Shown: positions 49,004 through 58,992, numbered from the stretch's first letter. The stretch is DNA of 64,000 nucleotides from Candidatus Latescibacterota bacterium (GCA_965208835.1 OZ242358.1:4224001-4288000), one strand, 5' to 3'. Translations and numbers: made by a program. The notes: generated by a model not told the origin, from the letters alone.

Positions 49004-49948
49004 CTACGGGTTGCGCGAATGCTCCTCGTACCACGTAATCATGCGCCGAAGCCCTTCGTCCAGCGTCGTCGCGGCTTCGAATCCGAAGTGCTGCCTTGCC
49101 CGCGTCACATCCACGCATCGCCTCGGCTGCCCGTTCGGCCTGTTCCGGTCCCAGCGAACCCGGCCGGCGAATCCCGATAGGTCCCTTATTTTCGATGCGA
49201 GGTCGCTGATCGAGATCTCCACTCCCGATCCCAGGTTGATCGGCTCCGGCAGATCATATAATTCAGAAGCGAGCAATATGCCCTCTGCGGCATCCTCGAC
49301 GTACAGAAACTCGCGCGTGGGCGAGCCGTCTCCCCACAGGGTGACATGGTCGTGTCCCTGATTCCGGGCATCCACGAATTTTCGCACCATGGATGCGAGT
49401 CCGTGGGATGTCTCCGGATCCAGGTTATCTCCCGGCCCGTAGAGGTTCGACAGTAGAAGATGAATGGCGTTGAAGCCGAACTCCGCCCGGTAGGCCTGGC
49501 CCTGCACGAGCATCATTTTCTTGGCCAGCCCGTAGGCCGCGTTTGTCTCTTCCGGGTACCCATCCCAAAGGTTCTCTTCCCTGAAGGGTACCGGCGTGGC
49601 CTTCGGATAGGCGCACACCGATCCGATACCCACGAACTTGGGCACGTCGAACCTGCGGGCCTGCTCGAGAAGATGGGCGCCCATCACCAGATTATCGTAA
49701 AAAAAACGGCCCGGATACCGCTGATTGGCGCCAATACCGCCAACGGAACCGGCCAGATGAATCACCAGATCGGGACGCGCTCGCTCGTACAGGCGCCTTA
49801 CGGCTTCCTGATCACGCAGGTCGTGGTCACGGCTGCGCGGCGCGTATATCCGACGGCATCCCCGGTCGCGCAGTTTCCGCACGACAAACCGCCCCAGAAA
49901 CCCGGCGCCGCCGGTAACCGCAACCCTTTTTTCCATCCAGAATCTCAT
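49004..49948 (-). CDS. fcl: GDP-L-fucose synthase family epimerase/reductase
   Basis: VTGGAGFLG, HLAGSVGGIGAN, GSVCAYPK, YGLAKK, WGDGSPTREFLYV. Confidence 0.88.
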   Translation of the reverse strand: MRFWMEKRVAVTGGAGFLGRFVVRKLRDRGCRRIYAPRSRDHDLRDQEAVRRLYERARPDLVIHLAGSVGGIGANQRYPGRFFYDNLVMGAHLLEQARRFDVPKFVGIGSVCAYPKATPVPFREENLWDGYPEETNAAYGLAKKMMLVQGQAYRAEFGFNAIHLLLSNLYGPGDNLDPETSHGLASMVRKFVDARNQGHDHVTLWGDGSPTREFLYVEDAAEGILLASELYDLPEPINLGSGVEISISDLASKIRDLSGFAGRVRWDRNRPNGQPRRCVDVTRARQHFGFEAATTLDEGLRRMITWYEEHSRNP

Positions 49949-50031
49949 TGGCGGGACCTCACTGCCTACCTTGTATTCCGGCACCGAAATCAATCACGGA
50001 ACTCCGGACCGCAAGCCGGTCCACCACGGAC

Positions 50032-50964
50032 TCAGATTTCGCACAATAACCCCTCCGCGGCGGCGTAAGGATCGTTTTCTCCCGCGTGGATCCGGGCGAC
50101 GGCGCGGTCCAGGCATTTCCGCTCCAGCGCGGCATTCAATCTGGATGCAAGCCGACCTTCCACGCGCTCCCGCAATTCACGCCGGATCTGCCGTTCGCGC
50201 AAGACCGCCAATCTGTCTGCAGTCTTCAGGTGGCGCGAGTATGCCTCGAGCGTCTCATAAAGCTCGGCCACGCCCTCCCCGTGTGTTCCGACCGTGCGAA
50301 CGAGCCGCGTTTCCCAGCCATCGACTTCACCGCGCGCGTGAAGGGTCTCTCTCAGCTCTTTCGCCAGACCGGTCGCCCCGGGACGATCGGACTTGTTCAG
50401 CGCAATCACGTCCGCGATTTCCATCACGCCGGCTTTCAGCAACTGGACCTCATCGCCCGACTCGGGCACCAGGGTCAGCACAACGGCATCCACGCAGTGG
50501 GCCACGTCCACGTCGGTCTGTCCGACCCCCGCGGTCTCCACGAGCACCACGTCCTTTCCCATGGCTTCCATCACGCGTATCGCGTCCAGCGCGGCGCTGC
50601 ACAGCCCGCCCGGCCGGCCTTCGTTGCCCATGCTGCGAATGAACACCGCGGGATCGCTCGCGAGCCCCTGCATCCGGATGCGATCGCCCAGCAGGGCGCC
50701 TCCGGAGAACGGGCTGGCGATATCCACGGCCAGAACGCCCACAGCCCTTCCGGCTTCCACAAAGCGCTGCGCGAGACAGCCTGCAAGCGTACTCTTGCCC
50801 GCGCCCGGCGGTCCGGTGATGCCGATCCGGCAGGCGCCGCCCGTTGAAGGGTACAGGGCTGCCAGAAGGGACGCCCTGTCGCTTTCACGTCTCTCTATGA
50901 GCGAAATGGCCCGCGCCGCGGCGCGGACATCGCCCGCGAGCACCCGTCCGGCCAGGTCTCTCAT
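50032..50964 (-). CDS. meaB: Methylmalonyl-CoA mutase-associated GTPase MeaB/ArgK
   Basis: GITGPPGAGKST, SGGALLGDRIRM, ETAGVGQ, NKSD. Confidence 0.92.
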   Translation of the reverse strand: MRDLAGRVLAGDVRAAARAISLIERRESDRASLLAALYPSTGGACRIGITGPPGAGKSTLAGCLAQRFVEAGRAVGVLAVDIASPFSGGALLGDRIRMQGLASDPAVFIRSMGNEGRPGGLCSAALDAIRVMEAMGKDVVLVETAGVGQTDVDVAHCVDAVVLTLVPESGDEVQLLKAGVMEIADVIALNKSDRPGATGLAKELRETLHARGEVDGWETRLVRTVGTHGEGVAELYETLEAYSRHLKTADRLAVLRERQIRRELRERVEGRLASRLNAALERKCLDRAVARIHAGENDPYAAAEGLLCEI

Positions 50965-51356
50965 TTCACGGCTTCCCGGAGGCATGCGACAATGTCGCCG
51001 GTATGCGTTCCGGGGCCCCAGAAGAACGCAAGCCCTCTGGCCTTGAGCGCTTCCCGGTCCTGTGGCGTCATGATGCCGCCGCCGACCACAAGGATGTTAT
51101 CCGCGCCCCGTGCCTCCAGGAGATCCATCACTTTGGGGAAGATCGTCAGGTGGGCTCCCGAGAGAGAACTGATGCCCAGCACGTCCACGTCCTCCTGGAT
51201 CGCGGCGTTCACCACCTCATCCGGCGTGCGGTGCAGGCCGGTATAGATGACTTCCATCCCCGCATCCCTCAGCGCGCGCGCCACCACCTTGGCGCCGCGG
51301 TCGTGCCCATCCAGACCGACCTTTGCAATCAGAATTCGCAATCTGCGACCGGACAC
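50961..51356 (-). CDS. Cobalamin-binding small subunit of acyl-CoA mutase
   Basis: AKVGLDGHDRGAKVVARALRDAG, SSLSGAH, GGG; GTG start after GGGAGG. Confidence 0.92.
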   Translation of the reverse strand: MSGRRLRILIAKVGLDGHDRGAKVVARALRDAGMEVIYTGLHRTPDEVVNAAIQEDVDVLGISSLSGAHLTIFPKVMDLLEARGADNILVVGGGIMTPQDREALKARGLAFFWGPGTHTGDIVACLREAVK

Positions 51357-51558
51357 CTGTGCCTCCCGAAAAGTACAACGCGGAAACTCAACGCTTCCCT
51401 GCGCCATCCCCATTCGCAATTTGGGCGGCGTATATTCCCGGGCGAAGATTCGATCATCCCCGTTTGCGAATCAACGCCGCAGCCTTTATATTGAACTGAG
51501 ATCTTTACGCACAACGCCGTTGCGGAGCGCATCCAGGAAATTCAGACCAGCCTGATTA

Positions 51559-51744
51559 GAAGCTGTCTTAAAATTCCCGGTGAGTTCCCGAGCGCGAGCG
51601 AAAGAGTGGCGGTCAAGGCGGGAAAATTCGCCTATGAGAGGCGAGCAAGCGCAGCCTCGATCTCGTAAGACGGGCTGATTTGACCAACGCCGACCGGCGC
51701 TTTTGCAGCCGCGCGAAGACCGCTGGATATTTAAAGACAGCTTC
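51559..51744. mobile_element. MITE copy 3, 3-bp TSD TTA
   Basis: TTA|GAAGCTG...CAGCTTC|TTA; 186 bp. Confidence 0.88.
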
Positions 51745-51775
51745 TTAACCCGATGTAAGGAAGAAAGGCCGAAGT

Positions 51776-52549
51776 ATGGAGGTACCGGAATACCTGGATC
51801 CCGATGCAGTTGCCGGTTTTCACAGGAACGGATACGTCACTTCGGACAGCCTCTTCAGCGAAGATGAAGTCCGCATCCTGATCGACGCGGTTGAAACGGG
51901 CGCACGGGTCGCGGAGAACACGCGCGCGACTGAAGACGCTTCGGGAATGGCGTCCAGGCTGTCGATCTGGCACGAACTGGGAGACGACATCTGGACCGCG
52001 GTTTCCACGTGTCCCCGCATTGTCAACAATATCCGCATCCTTCTGGGCGAGGAGGTTGCCTTCTTCCATGGCAAGGTGATGTTCAAAGACGCCCATGAAG
52101 GGGGCGCCTGGGAATGGCATCAGGACTACGGATACTGGTATAACCAGGGTTTCGTCTTTCCACGCATGATCAGCGCGTTTATCGCCCTGGACGAATGCAC
52201 GCGCGAAAACGGCTGCCTGCGGGTCCTTCGCGGATCCCATCGCCTCGGCCGGCTGGACCACGTCAGAGTTGGAACCCAGACCGGCACGGATCCCGCAAGA
52301 ATTACGGAGATCGAACCCCTTTTCGACTGCATCGACTGCGAGATGTCACCGGGTTCGGTCCTCTTCTTCGACTGCAACCTTCTCCATTCCTCAACGCCCA
52401 ATACGTCCAGCCGCCATCGGAGGTCGTTCATCATCTGCTACAATGCACTGGGCAATCCTCAACTGGGCGAGAGAAGAACCGCCGACCAAAACCCCTGTCC
52501 CGTGGGGCCCGACGACGCCATCTCCAGGTACGGATCCGCATCCGGTTGA
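51776..52549 (+). CDS. PhyH family dioxygenase
   Basis: FHRNGY, WEWHQDYGYW, NGCLRVLRGSH, LLHSSTPN...RR. Confidence 0.92.
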   Translation: MEVPEYLDPDAVAGFHRNGYVTSDSLFSEDEVRILIDAVETGARVAENTRATEDASGMASRLSIWHELGDDIWTAVSTCPRIVNNIRILLGEEVAFFHGKVMFKDAHEGGAWEWHQDYGYWYNQGFVFPRMISAFIALDECTRENGCLRVLRGSHRLGRLDHVRVGTQTGTDPARITEIEPLFDCIDCEMSPGSVLFFDCNLLHSSTPNTSSRHRRSFIICYNALGNPQLGERRTADQNPCPVGPDDAISRYGSASG

Positions 52550-52568
52550 CCCTGGGCAGGGTTCCTCA

Positions 52569-53612
52569 CTACCCGCTCAATACCTCGCGTTCACGGTCCT
52601 GACCCGTCAGCGGCAAATCGACCCACGCGGCGTTTCCGGCATGCGAGACGTGGAAACCCACAATTGCCTCCAATGTCCGCGCGGCTTCCGATGCCGCGTA
52701 CGGGAAAGGGCTCTTTCCGTCCAGCCAGTCCACAATCTCACCCACCGCCAGGTCCATCGAAGAAACTGAGCCCGCAGGAATCGGCCAGGCTTCCCTCCGC
52801 CCGTCCCGGTACTCAACGACCACGCCCCTGCCGTCGAGTACGGCGGATCCCTCCGTACCGTGGATGGAGATCAGCGGCGGCAACGTCGCATAGTCCGCCG
52901 CGTCTACCGTGCAGATCAGCCCGCGCTCGAGGCGCAGCATGCCCCAGCCGCCGGGGTCGCGGAACTGATTGCCGCGGCAATCCGGTTTTCCGGACAGATC
53001 CAGTGTTCCCGACACGGCCTCGACGGCCCGCCCTGTCAACATCTGAATGGTATCGATGAAATGCGTACCCACGTTACCCAGCCGGCCGGAACCCCATTGC
53101 ATGGACGCGGATGTCAGTTCTCCCAGCGCGCCGTCCGCCACGAGGTCGCGCAGGCGCCGTGGGTTGGTCTGAAACCGCCGGTTGTGGTTCACAACGAGGA
53201 GCGTACCGGCGGCGTCGCACGCTTTAAGCATACGCTCGGCGTCTGAAACCCGGGTCGCGACGGGTTTTTCGCAATAGACGGCACGAACGCCCTGCTTTGC
53301 GCATGCGACCGTGATGTCGGCATGAAACGGGGCATACGTCGCCACACTTACGATATCGAGTGATTCCCCGGCGAGCATCTCGCCCCAATCGGCGTAGGTC
53401 GGCACGCCCGTTCGGGCCTCAAAACGCTCCCGGCGCCCCTTGTCCCGGCTGGACCCGGACGCCACAACGACCCGGGGATGCCCGCTCAACGCATGGGCGT
53501 GGGTCCCGTCCAGGTCGCTCACCCTTTGTCCTATTGCGTCGCCCGACACCTGGTCGGCGCCGCCTATGAAGCCGAGACCCACAATCCCGGCGCGATAGGT
53601 ATTACCCGCCAT
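52569..53612 (-). CDS. Gfo/Idh/MocA family oxidoreductase
   Basis: GIVGLGFIG, CEKP, NHNRRF, GTHFID. Confidence 0.9.
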   Translation of the reverse strand: MAGNTYRAGIVGLGFIGGADQVSGDAIGQRVSDLDGTHAHALSGHPRVVVASGSSRDKGRRERFEARTGVPTYADWGEMLAGESLDIVSVATYAPFHADITVACAKQGVRAVYCEKPVATRVSDAERMLKACDAAGTLLVVNHNRRFQTNPRRLRDLVADGALGELTSASMQWGSGRLGNVGTHFIDTIQMLTGRAVEAVSGTLDLSGKPDCRGNQFRDPGGWGMLRLERGLICTVDAADYATLPPLISIHGTEGSAVLDGRGVVVEYRDGRREAWPIPAGSVSSMDLAVGEIVDWLDGKSPFPYAASEAARTLEAIVGFHVSHAGNAAWVDLPLTGQDREREVLSG

Positions 53613-53625
53613 GATTACTCCTCTT

Positions 53626-54249
53626 CTACCCATCCAGTTCGACGGCCCTCCACAGGTACCAGCTCGCCACGGACCGGTATGGACGCCAGATTTCTCCGTA
53701 CTCCAACAGCTCCGCATGGTCGGGCAGGTCGTTCAATCCGTAGGTGAGCGTAAACCCCTTCCTTACGCCCAGGTCCTTCACCGGCAGCACGTCCGCGCGG
53801 CCCAGATCGAATATCAGCATCATCTGCACGGTCCACTCGCCAACGCCGCGGACACGGGTGAAGCGCCTGATGATTTCGTCGTCGGGCATCCCGTTGAGCC
53901 GCTGCCCCGACGGGACCGCGCCTTCAAGCGTCTTTTCGGCGAGGTCCTTCACCGCCGCCACCTTGGCCCGGGACATCCCCGCGCCGCGGAACGCCTCGGC
54001 GGGTAGAGCAAGGACCTGTTCCGGCTCCGGACAATCTGCTTCAGGAAACAGATCCAGAACGCGGCCATAGATGGTTCCGGCCGCCTTGCCTGAGAGCTGC
54101 TGGTAGACGATCGAACGCATCAACGCACGAAACGGATGGTACGGCGCCCGTGCTTCCAAGAGGCAGGGTCCGGCGCGCTCCATAAGGCATCCGAGCGGCG
54201 CGTCCACCCTTGCAAGCGCCGCAACCGCTTCTTTCGGATCGTATGTCAA
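53626..54249 (-). CDS. alkA: DNA-3-methyladenine glycosylase II (HhH-GPD)
   Basis: SIVYQQLSGKAA, VRGVGEWT, DVLPVKDLG, WRPYRSVASWYLW. Confidence 0.9.
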   Translation of the reverse strand: MTYDPKEAVAALARVDAPLGCLMERAGPCLLEARAPYHPFRALMRSIVYQQLSGKAAGTIYGRVLDLFPEADCPEPEQVLALPAEAFRGAGMSRAKVAAVKDLAEKTLEGAVPSGQRLNGMPDDEIIRRFTRVRGVGEWTVQMMLIFDLGRADVLPVKDLGVRKGFTLTYGLNDLPDHAELLEYGEIWRPYRSVASWYLWRAVELDG

Positions 54250-54285
54250 TCCATTCTCGATGTTCGCCTCCGCGTCGCCACTCGA

Positions 54286-55236
54286 TCAGTCCGCGGCACC
54301 TGATGAAGCGGCCAGCGCCACCGCACCCAGCAGGCCCGACTTGCCTTTCAGCCGGGCGGGAAGAATCCTGAGATGGGGCCTGTGCACCGGCATCAGAAAA
54401 CGGTCCGCCTGCTCACGCAGCGGCTCGAAGAGCACCCTGCCGGCTTTGGCCACGCTGCCGCCAATCACAATGGCTTCGGGCGCGAGCGCATTCATTGCCG
54501 CCGCAACACCCATGCCCAGATATCGACACGTCTCATTCACCAGGTCCAGCGCGAGCCCGTCGCCCTCCCGAGCGGCATCGAAGACCGCCCTGGCCGTAAC
54601 CGGGCCTCCCGCGGCCTGGCGGATGCCGCCGCCCCTTTCGGGCCGCGCGCGTACGGCCGCCTCCCCGCGTCGCCCGATGGCCGTGCCTGAGCATAGCGCT
54701 TCGAGACATCCCCGGTTGCCGCAATCGCAAAGCGGACCATCCGGAAGCACCGGCACGTGTCCCAGTTCCCCTGCGTTGCCGTTGGCGCCGCGGTAGATCT
54801 CCCCGTCGATGATGATTCCCCCGCCGATACCCGTGCCGATGTTGTAATAGATCAGGTGGCGGCAGCCCCTGCCCGCGCCGAACGTCAATTCGCCCAGCGC
54901 GCCTGCGTTGGCATCGTTATCCACGACTGCCGGTATCCCGAGGTCCCTTTGAATGGTCTCGGGAAAGGCCACGTCGTCCCAACCCGCCACGTGTGTGGAA
55001 TTGACGATCCGCTGGGATGCGAAATCCACGGGGCCGCCGAAACTGATTCCGCAAGCGGACACGGCTTCGGGGGATGACGCGATAAAACGGCGTCCGACCT
55101 TCAGGACCTGCTCAATCATCCATCCCGCGCCGCCGGAGCGATCGGTGGAACAGGTCGTCCGCTTTAGAATGCGCCCGTCCGGCGTTCCCAGCGCGAGGCT
55201 GAAATTGGTACCGCCGATATCCACCGCAAGGATCAT
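54286..55236 (-). CDS. ROK family sugar kinase
   Basis: AVDIGGT, DNDANAGALGE, GTGIGGG, AGELGH, CDCGNRGCLE. Confidence 0.93.
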   Translation of the reverse strand: MILAVDIGGTNFSLALGTPDGRILKRTTCSTDRSGGAGWMIEQVLKVGRRFIASSPEAVSACGISFGGPVDFASQRIVNSTHVAGWDDVAFPETIQRDLGIPAVVDNDANAGALGELTFGAGRGCRHLIYYNIGTGIGGGIIIDGEIYRGANGNAGELGHVPVLPDGPLCDCGNRGCLEALCSGTAIGRRGEAAVRARPERGGGIRQAAGGPVTARAVFDAAREGDGLALDLVNETCRYLGMGVAAAMNALAPEAIVIGGSVAKAGRVLFEPLREQADRFLMPVHRPHLRILPARLKGKSGLLGAVALAASSGAAD

Positions 55237-55246
55237 GGACGCAACC

Positions 55247-56011
55247 TCAGTCCGCCAGCCCGCGGGCGCGAAGGTAGTCCATCGACTGCTCGACGCGTTG
55301 TTCCACTTCGCGCCGCGTCAACGATTCACCCTGGATGCCCTCCAGTTCCAGCGTATAGGGCCCGTTGCGTCCATGGCTGGCGAAGATTTCAAAAATGGAC
55401 GGAAAATCCACGATCCCCTCGCCAAGTGCGGGGAAGTGCCAGGTCTGAAAGGCGCCGTTCGTGTCTTTCAGATGTACGGCTGCCACCGCGTGCGATACCT
55501 TTCGAAACTGCTCGACCGAATCCACGCCCTCGTTGTAATAGTGGACGTTCGCCGTATCGAAATTGATGCCGATATTGGGATGATTCACGCCCCTCATCGT
55601 CTCCAGCGCCACGTCGGCATTCGTAACCAGATCCGGATGCGTTTCCATGGCCACGACAATGCCCCTCTCGGCCGCCGCGTCACCGATGTCCTGCAGTCTG
55701 CCGTAGACGAAATCCCGGTCTACGCCTCCGGTCTTTACGCTCGTGAACACCAGGCCGACCCCCATCTCCGCCACGGTATTCAGCGAGTGCGTGAACCTCT
55801 GGACCACGTCGTCGGCGTGCATCTCACAGCGAATGATCAGACTGGACGCGCGCAGTCCGAATCGATCCAGTTCACGCTGAACCGCATCCCCCTCTTCGGG
55901 CTCCGGACATGGAATTTCCACGTGGGTCAGACCGATCCGCGCGAGATGTTCGAACGCGCCGTCCCGATACTGTCGATAGCTGTTCAGGTTGCAGGCAATC
56001 AGATTTGGCAT
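55247..56011 (-). CDS. Sugar phosphate isomerase/epimerase (xylose isomerase-like TIM barrel)
   Basis: METH, NFDTAN, VHLKD, LGEGIVDF, LELE; GGAGG RBS. Confidence 0.9.
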   Translation of the reverse strand: MPNLIACNLNSYRQYRDGAFEHLARIGLTHVEIPCPEPEEGDAVQRELDRFGLRASSLIIRCEMHADDVVQRFTHSLNTVAEMGVGLVFTSVKTGGVDRDFVYGRLQDIGDAAAERGIVVAMETHPDLVTNADVALETMRGVNHPNIGINFDTANVHYYNEGVDSVEQFRKVSHAVAAVHLKDTNGAFQTWHFPALGEGIVDFPSIFEIFASHGRNGPYTLELEGIQGESLTRREVEQRVEQSMDYLRARGLAD

Positions 56012-56130
56012 GAAACCTCCACGTGACTTGTCGAAGCAACCGCGTCTTACCACCAGAAATCTAAAATCTCCGCAACCCCCAAACGTCCCCGAATCCTTCG
56101 CCCTTTTTCTTGCTTTACCACAAGTCGGTT

Positions 56131-56250
56131 AGACGGTAGAGGGGAGCCGGTAGAAGAAATCACTGCCCGATATTGTATGCCTTCTTGCCTCCGGCACGAG
56201 AAGAGACCTCATAAGGCTGGTTATCTCTACCCTCTACCCTCTCCCGTCTC
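56131..56250 (-). repeat. ~120-bp dispersed repeat, copy B (inverted relative to 47565-47683)
   Basis: Shared blocks GAGACGGGAGAGGG, GCCGGAGGCAAG, GATTTCTTCTACCGGCTC. Confidence 0.8.
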
Positions 56251-56320
56251 CCCCTTCTAAGGAATACCCTCGAGGCACGGAATCTTGCGAATCCTGGAGA
56301 TCCATTATAGGGGAACAACA

Positions 56321-57577
56321 CTATCCGTACCGAACCCAACGAACCATTTCCGACAACGTGGCCCGTTTGCCCCTCATCAGGATCCCCACCCGGTAGATCC
56401 GCGCGGCCGCCCACATGACCCCGGCTATCGTGCCGATCAGAATCAGGACCGACGCCGCGATTTCGATCCACGGAGGCGTGAGGACGTTCACCCGGACGAT
56501 CATGATCATGGGCGCAAAGAACGGAATCATCGACATCACCACGGACGGGGCGGCGCCGGGCTGCCGGGTGATGAACGTCATTGCCAGCAGCGAGAGGATC
56601 ATTGGCACGATCACAAGGATCTGCAGGTGCTGCGCATCCTGTTCGGTGTCGCAGATCGCGCCGATAATGGCGTAGAGTGTGGCATACAGAAAGTAACCGA
56701 GGACAAAGTAGACGCCGAAGTAGACCACCACACCCGTTTCGATCGCAAAGGGGAGGTTGGGCCCGAACGCCATTCTGCCGTACGCCGTGGCGAGCAGACC
56801 CACGCCGATCCAGACCGAAACCTGAACCAGGCTGGCGGCGCCGATCCCCAGTATCTTGCCCGCCATCATCTGAAATGGATCGACCGACGACAGCATCACC
56901 TCCACCATGCGGTTGGTTTTCTCTTCCAGGACGCCGCGCATGACCATGATCCCGTAGAGAATGGTGACCATATAAAGCAGCATGGCGAATGCGAACGAAG
57001 TGAAATATTCCCGGGCAAACCCGCTCTTCTTCTCCTTTCCCTTGATGATTTTCAGCGTCTGCAACTGCACCCTGCGGGTCCATTTTCTCACTTCCTCAGG
57101 TTCCAGCCCCCGCTGCGCCAGCCTGTGGGCAACCACAATGTGAGTCAATGCGCTCCGCAATCGCCCGACCTGGCGCATATCGCTCACGTTCTTACCATAG
57201 AACCCGGCCTCGCTTTTTTCGAAAATTTCGGGAGGTAACACCAGGTAGGCGTCCAGTTCTCCGGCGTTGATCTCGGACGTGAGCTGACGCCGCGTGGTTT
57301 CCAGATCGGGACCGGGGCGCACTTCCTGCAACAGATATTCCGGCCTGCCATCCTTGAGCCGTTCGTCCAGGCGGGCTTCGAGCGGCCCGTACAGGATTCC
57401 GGTCTGGTCGACCACCGCGACTCGCTTCTGTTTGCCCACGTCTACCCGCGCCAGAAGGACGGGTACGAGGATACTGGCCACGACGAATACCGGCACCAGG
57501 AACAGGCCAATCAGGAAACTCTTCTTGCGTACGATTTCTATGAATTCCCGGCGGACGATCGTCAATACCTTATTCAT
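56321..57577 (-). CDS. ABC-2 type transporter permease (NatB/YhaP-like)
   Basis: RREF..IVRKKSF, GVLEEKTNRMVEVMLSSV, GKILG, RIYRVGILM. Confidence 0.92.
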   Translation of the reverse strand: MNKVLTIVRREFIEIVRKKSFLIGLFLVPVFVVASILVPVLLARVDVGKQKRVAVVDQTGILYGPLEARLDERLKDGRPEYLLQEVRPGPDLETTRRQLTSEINAGELDAYLVLPPEIFEKSEAGFYGKNVSDMRQVGRLRSALTHIVVAHRLAQRGLEPEEVRKWTRRVQLQTLKIIKGKEKKSGFAREYFTSFAFAMLLYMVTILYGIMVMRGVLEEKTNRMVEVMLSSVDPFQMMAGKILGIGAASLVQVSVWIGVGLLATAYGRMAFGPNLPFAIETGVVVYFGVYFVLGYFLYATLYAIIGAICDTEQDAQHLQILVIVPMILSLLAMTFITRQPGAAPSVVMSMIPFFAPMIMIVRVNVLTPPWIEIAASVLILIGTIAGVMWAAARIYRVGILMRGKRATLSEMVRWVRYG

Positions 57578-58487
57578 CCTGCTCCCCTCCCGAATCTTCA
57601 CCGCCAACAGCCATCAAAAAGATATCTCTAAGCGAGGGCTCCGAGACTTCGAACCGGTGGATCCGGGCCCCGGAAAGCGCCTGTCTCAGCAGGTCGCCCG
57701 GGTCCGCGCCCGGCTGGAGTTCGACCTCCACGTGATTCCCGCGATGTTCCGCGTGCCGAACCAGATTCGTATCCTCTAGGAATTCGTCGCTCCCCTCAAA
57801 GGCAATACGCAACCTGTTCCTCGTATAAAGGGACTTCAATTCCGTTACCGTGCCGTCAAGTACCTTCCGACCGCGGTTGATCAGACAGATCCGGTCGCAA
57901 AGCGCTTCGGCATCCTCCATCTGATGCGTGGAAAAGATGAGAATCTTGCCCTCGGCCGTCAGCGTCTGCATGATCTCTTTCAGGACGGCCACGTTGATCG
58001 GATCCAGCCCGCTGAACGGCTCGTCGAGAATCAAGAGATCGGGGTCATGCATGACGGTCGCGATGAATTGCAGCTTCTGCTGCATACCCTTGGAAAGCTG
58101 ATCCACGCGCCGGTTCGACCATTCCGACAGGCCCATCCGTTCGAGCCATTCTCCCGCGCGGCCTGCCGCTTCCGTCCGCGAGAGCGACTTGATCTCCCCG
58201 AGAAACACAAGCAGGTCCATAACCCGCATCTTGGGATACAGCCCCCGTTCTTCGGGCAGGTAGCCGATCCGGTCCCTCGACAGGCCCGTCCCACCGTTGC
58301 CGTAATCGATGGTACCCGAATCCGGCCCGTAGATCCCCAGGATGGTACGAATCGTCGTGGTCTTGCCTGCACCGTTGGGACCCAGCAGACCGAATGTCTC
58401 TCCCGCGGCGATGTCCAGATCCAACCCGTCTACCGCCGTGACGCCGTCGAATGTCTTCGTGACCTGCTGGAGTTGAATCCTGCGCAT
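57570..58487 (-). CDS. ABC transporter ATP-binding protein
   Basis: GPNGAGKTT, LSKGMQQK, ILDEPFSGLDP, FSTH. Confidence 0.95.
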   Translation of the reverse strand: MRRIQLQQVTKTFDGVTAVDGLDLDIAAGETFGLLGPNGAGKTTTIRTILGIYGPDSGTIDYGNGGTGLSRDRIGYLPEERGLYPKMRVMDLLVFLGEIKSLSRTEAAGRAGEWLERMGLSEWSNRRVDQLSKGMQQKLQFIATVMHDPDLLILDEPFSGLDPINVAVLKEIMQTLTAEGKILIFSTHQMEDAEALCDRICLINRGRKVLDGTVTELKSLYTRNRLRIAFEGSDEFLEDTNLVRHAEHRGNHVEVELQPGADPGDLLRQALSGARIHRFEVSEPSLRDIFLMAVGGEDSGGEQDE

Positions 58488-58923
58488 AGGGTTCTCCCGT
58501 ACTGATCCGGAGGGATGCGGGAAACGCGGGGTTATCGGTTGCGGGGGGCCAAACGTCCACGATGAACACGCCTAAAATACGTGCAGCGGGAAGGGCGCGC
58601 AACAGGACTTTCCCGGTCGTTCGATAACTCCCTGACACCGTCCCGGAGTGGCCGGCTCGGAAGCCGGGTCTATGACGAAAAATAAAAAAGACGCCGGCCG
58701 TACTGGGTACGATCGACGTCTTTCGGGAGGGATGTAGCATGGTTGTATCCGCTTAGACGCTACAGGGGCAGGGAGGTTTCAAATATTCTGTCTTCGGTCA
58801 CACATGGATGTATCCAGAGCCCATTTCTTGCAATCAGGATCGCCGTTGCTGCCCCCTGTATGAGATCACCATCTGATTTAGAAGCCGACCTCGATCATTG
58901 CTACAGTAGAGCAGAGGCAGATC

Positions 58924-58984
58924 TTGACATTGTTGTGAAATTTGTATATATTGTCGTCAAATTACTGCGAAAAATGACGACAAT
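58924..58984 (+). promoter_or_regulatory. sigma70 promoter overlapped by a repeated operator-like motif ATTGTCGTCA
   Basis: TTGACA-17-TATATT; direct units at 58929 and 58950, inverted unit at 58971-58984. Confidence 0.65.
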
Positions 58985-58992
58985 ATAGTCAA

